This document shows, one piece after another, positions 55,424 through 64,000 of a DNA stretch of 64,000 bases. Position numbers and translations under genes: made by a program. This DNA is from Lama glama (lineage: Eukaryota). Under the pieces are notes generated by a model, which saw only the letters and a list, made by a program, of their open reading frames with translations, was not told the origin of the DNA and made no database searches. Location of the stretch: positions 49,788,001 to 49,852,000 of the forward strand of contig CM052817.1 of assembly GCA_028534125.1 (NCBI GenBank), read 5' to 3'. Numbering within the stretch: the first letter of the stretch is position 1; every line of letters starts with the position of its first letter.

Positions 55424-55542
55424 GAAAGACACCTTTCTACTACCACATCAGCTTTAAAGTCAATAACATTGACTATGACAGCAAGTTTGAAAAACCATAT
55501 TCACAAGAATATATGGACCTAAATAAAAAGATAGTGTCTTTG
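55424..55542 (+). CDS. TMPRSS11C: TMPRSS11C exon 3 (SEA domain start)
   Basis: Long T tract + cAG and GTAAGT donor. 119 nt, the same size as 11D exon 3; (G)KTPFYYHISFKVNNIDYDSKFEKPYSQEYMDLNKKIVSL. Confidence 0.92.
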
Positions 55543-56369
55543 GTAAGTTGAAATTCTTTTCTTAGCTTTTTTTTAAATGCTGTTTCTTCAAACGACATAA
55601 TCCTAGCAATCACCTTCCAAGTTGATGACTGATGATTTCATACAATTTCTTACCACTACCTCAGTTCTAAATTAGGGTGGTCAGCCCTGTCAGAAAGTCA
55701 GTTAGAAAACATACAGGGAGAAAAAAAGTTTAAGAGGGACACACTTTGAGAACACCTAAAAAATGTCTGATTTGATAGATAGTCAAAGAATATTTATAAT
55801 GTATTGATAAGTTAAATGAATGAAACTTATTCTACCTCCAAGATACCTGACCAAGGCCAACCTGTTTCTGCTCTTAACTTAAGCAGCCCTTCAAGTAGGA
55901 GAAATGGTCAGTGTAGAAGAGCCTAAAATACAGCCTAATATAAAGAGCATCTTGTTGATCCGCAGTGTATGTGAAAATTGTTAAATGTCTTCTTAAGAAT
56001 ATGCTTTGTTACAAGTCAACCTTTACTTAACTAAAGACCTAATGAAGAATCTTGACTGCTGCTTGGAAATAAGCTTCCTTTATCAAAGATACCACTCTAA
56101 CTAACTCATATAATTCTGTCAACCAAACCAAATTCTGCCAAGAGCCGTGGTGGCATCATTCATCTTCCATTTCCCAGAGAAGATCCCTGACTGGACATTT
56201 TCAGACCTAGCTCTCTCTGACTAAAGCTTATAGTTTTTCCATAGCATTCTACTACCTTTGAGTTTCTAATAAATCTGAAGACCTTTAAAGTCTTGGTGTG
56301 CTTTTGTCATTATAATAAGAGTTAGTATATAGAAAATGAAGAAAGAAAATCCCCAAAGAAAATGGCAAG

Positions 56370-56620
56370 GAAGCAGTATAACCCAATGATTAAGAAACAG
56401 GCTTTGGACTCAGAGTCCTTGTTCAAGTCTAAGTTTAGCCATTTACTAGCCGCATAGATAAGCTCCTTGGACAAGTCATTTTATCTTCCCACACCTCATT
56501 TTCCTCAACTAAAAATGAGATGATAAATAACCTATATCATGGGAATGCTCTTGACATTTACGTAAGGTTAAATATGCCATAGTCTTAGCAGAAGTCCTGT
56601 TATTCTATAAGTCCTTAAAA
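56370..56620 (+). mobile_element. MIR SINE
   Basis: GGCTTTGGACTCAGA...CCTTGGACAAGTCATTT...CCTCATTTTCCTCA. Confidence 0.65.
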
Positions 56621-59597
56621 AATCTAAAACAATTACCTGAGTATGATTAATAGGCTTAATACATTTTAAGTATATAACAAAATTAAATACAATTTTTAAA
56701 TAACTCCAAATATGCCTACACTAAGAAATTCACCGTTTCTGCTATAAATTCAAATCAACATGTTCAAATCAACTAACCTATGTTTACTTCACAGAAATAT
56801 TTAGAAATAAATATTCTAAAACTACCAGTCTGATCAATTATCATATCATCTTGGTTGATCAACCACCAATCCTGACATCTTGCTTCAGGTTCCCTTAGCA
56901 GCCTTCATTCCCAGTCCCTAACTCAACCTGTATTAAAACAGCCACCAACTATTTCTCCTACTTTTTCATTGACATGCGTCAGAGCACCTGCTTTTATATG
57001 CCTTTCTATTTTCATTTAATATAATACTCCTTGTATTATAACTATTACCAAATACACAATATTCATAAGTAAATAATAGCATGTACCAAATGGAGTTGTG
57101 AATCATTCATCAAACTTATCTATTAGTCATTATTATAATGCCTACAGCCTATGTTTCTTCTTCTGAAGATTTCCATTAAATAATTCTTGTGATGATTCAC
57201 TCAAAAAGGAGAAAAGAAATTGAATAAAGAGAGATGTTGGGTTTTTTCTTTTTTTTTTTTTGGTACCTCTCCATCAGATACGATGCTCAATTACAGTGAA
57301 CAGAAATTCTAAACTTTAGGAGTGAGGCAGTACCTTAACAATAAAAATTAGCTTTACTGACCAGTACTGGTCTAAGCACTTTATAGATTAACTTATTTGG
57401 TTCTCCCAACATTCCCATTTTCCATGTGAAGAAACTGAGGCACAAAGTGGTTAATTTACCCAGTCATACTGCATTCATCTTCTTTATAATGTATTGCCCT
57501 AAAATTAATAAGCATGTAAATATTATAAAATCTGAAGCACATTTCAGATTACATCAGTTTTCACAAGACCAGGCAAATATTTCAAAATGTTTAACTAAAT
57601 TCTGTGTGATTTTCACATACAAATGCGGTAGATTATGGATGACCAAAATGATACCTGATATGTGTAAGGTATCTAAAATTACCCAGATAAAATATGTCAG
57701 CCAAGTTCATACATCAAACTACTTACCAGAGTATCCAAGAGGAGGGGGCATCTTTGGTCATTATATAACCAGGATATTCATCAAATAACAGATTTTCTGC
57801 TGAGCTAGCCTAAACCTGGTATGAGCATATGCACACTTATGTATATGCCTCTCCTTGCAGCTTACCAAATGACATTATATATGGAGTTCATTAGAATTAG
57901 AATTATGTAATTTTTAAAAGGTTAATAACGTGAAGGATAATATGCATGGTTTCTATTTCATCTAATATAGGTTAGCAATGTTTTAGGTTCAGTAAAAATT
58001 ATGTTAGTGTTCATTCAGTTTCATGCCCCTCAGAATTTATCAGAAAACTAAAATTCCAGCAGTGGTCCTAAATTCAAGATTACTGTACCTTCTAACCCAG
58101 ACTATTTTAAAAACAAAATATTTCTCTGACATAGTAAATGAAAATCATTGTGCATAAGTTTCTAACCATGAAGGAACTGAAAAGATCCAAGGTTTAATAT
58201 AAAAAATTAAACCAACGTTACAGAGATATTATTCATATTTTAATTGATATGAAGAAAGCTTACAAAAATTACTGATGCACTAGTTTTCTTTTCTATAATT
58301 TGAAAATAAGGATAGAAGAAATAAATACTAGATGCTCAGGACAGGATGTCTGCAGACATGGTTGAGGGGTGGTTACTATAAAGTAGCAGAAGGGACCATA
58401 GACCCAACTTTCACTCCACATCTGGGACTATCAAACTAGCAAACATGTGCTATATCTTTTGTGTCCACTTTTAGGATATTTGTCACGTGGGAGTAGTATT
58501 CTTCTGCCTCTATAACAACATATCATATTATAATCCTTTGTTACACACTTTAAAGTATAATTTAACAACATAACAACACCACCAAAAAAAGTTATCTTAT
58601 ATGTTTTTAAGTTTACTTGAAAGAGAGAATTTGAAATACCTGGATTCTTATATAAAAATTAATTATAAAAGAATATGTTAAAGAATACTATATAGTTAAC
58701 TACACTAAATAATTGGTTTAGGGAATCCAGTTACTTTCTGGAATTTTTTCTTCTCCCTCATGTGATATAATTATTTTTATTGATCTTCAGAACATCCACT
58801 TTAGTGTGAGATTTTTCGAAAGACAATCCCTTATGTATAACCATGTCTTTGGGCTTTGGTCAGGTTCCTCTTTATTAAAAACATGTATTGATTGGTATGT
58901 TAAGCCTCCTATATTTGATAAGTATTGTAATGACCAATTTCTCACCCAAAGAGGTGGTTTTCATACCATAACTTAAATGATCATGGTTTTTCAGTTAATA
59001 GACTCATCCTTGTGTTCATCATTCTGAAGATCTTTCCATCAGTATAGTCTAGAACCTCCTTCCCCTCACTTGCCTAAATGGTGACTTGGAAAACATTTGT
59101 GTATTTTTCTTCAGGGAAAAAGGAGGGAACAGAATGGAATAAGGTGAAGAAGCTGGGAAAAGTAAAAAATTAAGTCCATGTGGTATGAAAGATTTGGAGT
59201 TTGTGATATGTGTGTCTTTTGACTTCCATTTGAATTTCTAGTCTTGTTCTTCCTTATTTCTGGGGAAATGATTAGTTCTGAAACCCCTGCTCAAGGCCCT
59301 GCCCAATAATCCTAAGTCATTTTCTGAAACTTGGCATTTGGTTTCAGGTCAAATATCTGACAACTCTTTTCCTCCAAGGTTTGCCAAGAAACTGACCTTA
59401 TTAAAAATAGGAATTGCATGAGTATTACTGGAAAAAATCCTATAGATCCTCCTTATAGCTTCCTGGAACACCCTAAGCCTGCAGTTACTAGTCACGCTAA
59501 GGATGGCAAGCTTTGGTATTATTTAAGGTGTGTGTTGATCTTATGATCTATTGTGAGGCGTGGGAAGATGAATACAATAAAAAAAAAGTGATGGAGG

Positions 59598-59681
59598 AGG
59601 GTGGGTATAGCTCAGTGGTAGAGCACATGCTTAGCATGCATGAGGTCCTGGGTTCAATACCCAGTACCTCCATCTAAAAAA
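59598..59681 (+). mobile_element. tRNA-Ala(AGC)-derived SINE (camelid-type)
   Basis: GGGTATAGCTCAGTGGTAGAGCACATGCTTAGCATGCATGAGGTCCTGGGTTCAATACCCAGTACCTCCA plus an A tail. Has A- and B-box-like motifs; all CpGs have decayed. Confidence 0.8.
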
Positions 59682-60479
59682 GGAGGTGGGGAATGGAGAA
59701 ATTAAGGGCACTAAAACAAAATATGAATAACTTATCTTAAAAAGAGAGAGAGAGAACATTAACTAAAAGCATTACAAGTTTAGCTATACATATTTTGATT
59801 TGGAAACAATGCCATATCAAAAACTGGTTCTACAGCATCCATCTTATTAAACAAATACCTCATTAAACAAATAATATATTCTAGGGCTAGGTGTCTGAGT
59901 TCATACTGAAGCCTATTTTTAAAAAGCAAGAGTATCATTCAGCAGGCATCATTTTTGATCTTCAGTCTAGTCTCTTTCCCTGGTTTCAGTTTATGGTATT
60001 CCCACTCTCCCAACTCACTAGTCACTATACGTTAAAGCCAATTTTGACTCTTCCTTCTCCATTATCTAACCATTCACCAAATCTTATTAATTCTTCCTTT
60101 AAAGTAGTTCTAGCCTGACTTCCAAAACAAGATTGCTAATTAAAACAAGCGTTTATCCCTCACTCTCTTCAAATCTCACTGAAATGATGGAAAACAAACA
60201 AACAAACAAAACCCCCAAATGTCTTTCAATGATAGAAATGTTGCTACCAATGGACTGAAAGAGTGAAGAGTTTCTGGAAGATAAAACCTAGAGCTCTGCA
60301 TAAGAGTAAAATCACAGCAGCACAGTTGCCGGCAAATTCACAACACTCTAGACATAAAACACTAGCCTCTAAGAAAGTGAGTATTCCCAGCAGGAGCTTG
60401 GAATGAACTCAAGATCAGAGACAGCAAAGGTTATGAGAGAAAGCCAGAGTGAGTAACTAATTAATTAATTAATTTAAGA

Positions 60480-61050
60480 AATTAGTTATTTCCACAGGAA
60501 ATAATATAATGTAAATTAATTAAAGGGCTGAATCAAACATTCTACTAGATGTTCATACTAATGCAATTAGAAAAAGGAAAGGAAGTAATATGTGTTCTTT
60601 GAAAAGAATGAAGAAAAAGGATCATTATTTACTGACAATGTTACCATGTACTTAAAATATTCAAGATACCTAATCGAAAAATTACTGGTAGCAATAATAG
60701 AGTTTTTACCAACACATAACAAGTAACAGTTTCCTTAATCACTAAAAATAACAAAATATAAAAGTTATTATTTTTAAATTCCATTTAATAGCAACTAAAA
60801 CTATAAGCTATACATGAATAAAACTAACACAATTGTGTAAAACCTATATGAATAAAAAGATAAAATCTTAACAACATAGAAGAATAAATAGAAAAAAAAT
60901 GTTCCTGTAAGGAAGACTCATTATTTTAATTATATTGATCCTGTCCAAATAAATTATATGTTCAATACAATACTTTAGTTTATGGTAAAGATGTTATTTC
61001 AAATTCAATAGATAGTGTTGGGACAATCAGCTAGCCATCTGGAAAATATA
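60480..61050 (+). mobile_element. Old L1M ORF2 remnant
   Basis: A-rich with L1-like motifs (AATGCAATTAGAAAAAGG, GTGTTGGGACAATCAGCTAGCCATCTGG); boundaries approximate. Confidence 0.5.
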
Positions 61051-61699
61051 GGAAGTAATATTATTTGTGTTTCTGGCATAATCACTTGATTATATAAACA
61101 GCTTGTGCAAGATTCTGTTCACTTTTTTGAAGAATAGGACCGGTTAAGATTATTTATAAGGTCACTTATAGATTTAAATTCTATGAATCTGTGGATTTAT
61201 TCCTACAAATTCTAGGATCCTATTATCTAACCACTGCAACTCAAAATGTTGCCTCCTGTCTCTGAATACCTACAGAAACCACAGTCTGTGGTACTAATTT
61301 TTTCACTTAGTATGTCTTTTCCTTGTAGCTATGGATGCTCCCTGGATCTATTGCCCTAATCATCTCATATTCAAATATTTGGGGGAACAAAAGTCAGGGA
61401 ACAGGGGATTCATGAGAAGTGAGAGAAAATAATGTACAACCTGAAGAGAAAAGGTAGATTTACAAATCAGGAGAAATGTTTCTCAGCCTAAGAGAACTGA
61501 CAACAGTTGAACTATTCTGAGCATATAATAGCTATATTATTCTCTTTTCTTAGGATGTTCTTTTGCACAGGAAACAAGACAGTGTAATACTATTACTCTT
61601 CTACAGTGCAGTGCAGTATTTCAGGGTCTTTTCTTCAGAGATATCAGTATCTTGCTCACACACTGTCATCTTCTAAAGACATTGCTCTTGACTCTGTTC

Positions 61700-62640
61700 T
61701 CTTCTAGCATCATTTTCCTGCTTCCTTTCTCAGTAAAATTTTGTTGAAAAAGTTAGATATGATTGCCGTTTCCACCTCCTTGTCACCTGCTCTCACTTTA
61801 ACCCAGTCCACCTGGAATTCCTTTCTCTCCACCCCATTAAACTACTCCTATAGAGGTCACTAAAGACCTCACTGTTACCAAATCTGATGGTCACTTTTTT
61901 TTTCCAATTAAAAGTATAATCAGTTACAGTGTGTCAATTCCTGGTATACAGCATAATGTTTCACTTCCTACTTGAACTTCTCATCATTACTTATCTTCCT
62001 CTCTGAAACTTTTCTCTTTTTGGATTTTAAAATACTTTCTTTGCCATATTTTCTTCTTCATTAGCTGCTTTTTCCAGCTGCCTTTGCTGGTTCCTTGTCA
62101 TCTGTAGATCTGTAATTATAGGTGGCCCCCTCTGCCTTGTCTAGAGTCCTCCCCTCTTCTCCCTTCTCCATCTTTCCCCTTCCTTTTTCCTTCTCTCTCC
62201 TCAGTCTATACTCTCTCTAACTTACTCATCCAAACTGTTTAAAAGCCATCCTCACTGATAACTCCAAAAAGGGAACTACTGATCTTTACCCCAAGACCTG
62301 TTTCTCCCAGAGTCTTACCCATCTTAGTAAATAACACCAAAATCAGCCCAGTTGCTCAATCTAAAAACTCAACAAAGGAATACTCCTCTAGACCAACAAA
62401 TCAGTACATTCTATTAACTTCACCACCAAAATATAACTTTAATTTATCTGCTTGTCTCCTGAATTGCAGCCCCTTTCATTTTTCTTGCCTGAGCTACAGC
62501 TGCCTCCTAACTGGTTTCTTTTGTGTTTGCCTAACCTCCCTGTAATCTATTTTCCACACAGTAGCTAAAGTTGTCTTTAAAAAATAAAAATCAAATCACA
62601 TCAGTTACCAGCTTAAAAACCTTCCAAAGACTTTCAAGCT
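61700..62640 (+). mobile_element. L2 fragment with a short antisense L1 tail inserted (about 61895-61962)
   Basis: GAGGTCACTAAAGACCTCACTGTTACCAAATCTGATGGTCAC is L2-like and is interrupted by a T tract + AAGTATAATCAGTTACAGTGTGTCAATTCCTGG. Confidence 0.6.
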
Positions 62641-63880
62641 CATTCATATTTATGTAAAGATATAAACATAAAAAGAAAGGAAATCAAAAATTAAAACTTA
62701 CATAAGTGGAAGAATAGGATCAAAACACATAAAATGGATTTTTTGAAGTACAGACTTCTTTTTTCTTTTCTGCTTATTTTTACCCATTCCTCCCTATCCC
62801 TCTACACATATCTGCAAACTCCACTTAGAGTAATCCATATTAACAAAATAGTGTGTATCCTTCCTTATTCTCCTAACTAGATTCTACTTTTGAATACCAT
62901 TTAATAGATTCTTTAATGACAAAAATTTATCTATTCTCTTTATTTGGAATAGGTAATTTATCTGATTTTATTTCTCCAGTTTGCTTTAAGTAAATAATGG
63001 TAACTGTTGGGGTTTTTTTTCCATTTTCTTGTCCTTATTTTTGCTGATTTACATTGTTTTTCATTCTATTTTTTCCCTCTTGAGAGTTTCAATATTCTTA
63101 GTTAATAGTTAACTGTCCTGGAACTCAAAGTTAGATAAGTATTCTTCTGTTATTAAAAAAGTTATTAGCACCATCAAAACACTATTTTCCTTACCTAACC
63201 CCATTTCCTTCCCCACTCCTAATAAGGCTTTTTAAAACTTATTTCCCCTCCCTCCCCTGCCTTCCTTTCCTATTCTTATAAGTAGGTTTTGCTGATATAG
63301 TACCTCAAGTTCTTAACTGTTGTTAGGATGTTTCTTAAAGTATGTTGCTTCTACTGCAAGCATTTAAATTACACATTTGTTGTATTGAACATACACACAC
63401 ACACACGCCCCCCTCATGTTTCATTGCTCAGTATTTTTTCCCTCTTCTCCTTCTCTTCTCCTCTATTGAGAGTTCAATTCTGATTTATATCTTGCTTTTC
63501 TAGAATATTTAGTCATGTATTTTTCTCAGTTGTGATATGTGAATGATATATTACTAAATTCTTGAATATCCATAAATATCTTTCTTTTACTCTAACTAGC
63601 GATTATATCTTGAGTGGGAATAGGATTGTTGAATTGTCAGCTTTTTCTCTCTGAGTATGAGGATATTATTCCACCAGCTTCCACCTTCAATGTGACAGAT
63701 GAGATATGATTCTATTTCTTCTATCGATATGTTTTTCCTTTGATATGGAAGTTTGTAGAGATGTTTCTTTGTATCTAAATTCAAAAATTCTCCTGATACA
63801 TCAAATCTGCCTAAAAATGTCTATCCCTTTGAATCTTCAGATTTTGATATTTATTTAACTCAAAAATTTTCTCCCACTAC

Positions 63881-63882
<2 letters not shown>

Positions 63883-63933
<51 letters not shown>
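63883..63933. repeat. (TTA)17 microsatellite within an old antisense L1 remnant
   Basis: Read directly from the sequence. Confidence 0.95.
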
Positions 63934-63934
<1 letters not shown>

Positions 63935-64000
63935 ATTTCCTTCATCGTTTTCATTTTCTCTTTTCAAGGTCCTATTATTTGTAAGCACTTCTTCTGGAAC

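Noticed and set aside
57278..57319. Candidate TMPRSS11C exon 4 after a strong polypyrimidine tract + CAG
   Set aside because: The required frame reads IRCSITVNRNSKL then TAG, with no suitable donor and no convincing similarity to the expected exon; exon 4 probably lies beyond the window.
59601..59672. Functional tRNA-Ala gene
   Set aside because: Stem mismatches, CpG decay, and an A tail instead of a T-run terminator; fits a SINE copy.

Overview
AT-rich mammalian genomic DNA from the HAT/DESC (TMPRSS11) type II transmembrane serine protease cluster. It is probably camelid, inferred from a tRNA-Ala-derived SINE and the style of the young L1 tails. The + strand carries coding exons 2-10 of TMPRSS11D (airway trypsin-like protease, 801-28484). 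All have GT-AG junctions and compatible phases, the His/Asp/Ser triad is intact, and adding the missing 8-nt exon-1 coding piece would give 418 aa. Downstream are coding exons 1-3 of TMPRSS11C (neurobin-like, 39047-55542), which look intact although the human copy is a pseudogene. The rest is intronic or intergenic and rich in L1, L2, MIR, MER and LTR relics. The most notable observations are a CpG-rich, promoter-like solo LTR about 4.5 kb upstream of TMPRSS11C, a 79-codon out-of-frame upstream ORF running across TMPRSS11C exons 1-3, a NAGNAG acceptor, an open in-frame extension of TMPRSS11D exon 7, and some unusual TMPRSS11D residues. No clearly novel biological system is demonstrable from sequence alone. 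Gene and repeat-family names rest on recalled sequences, not database searches.
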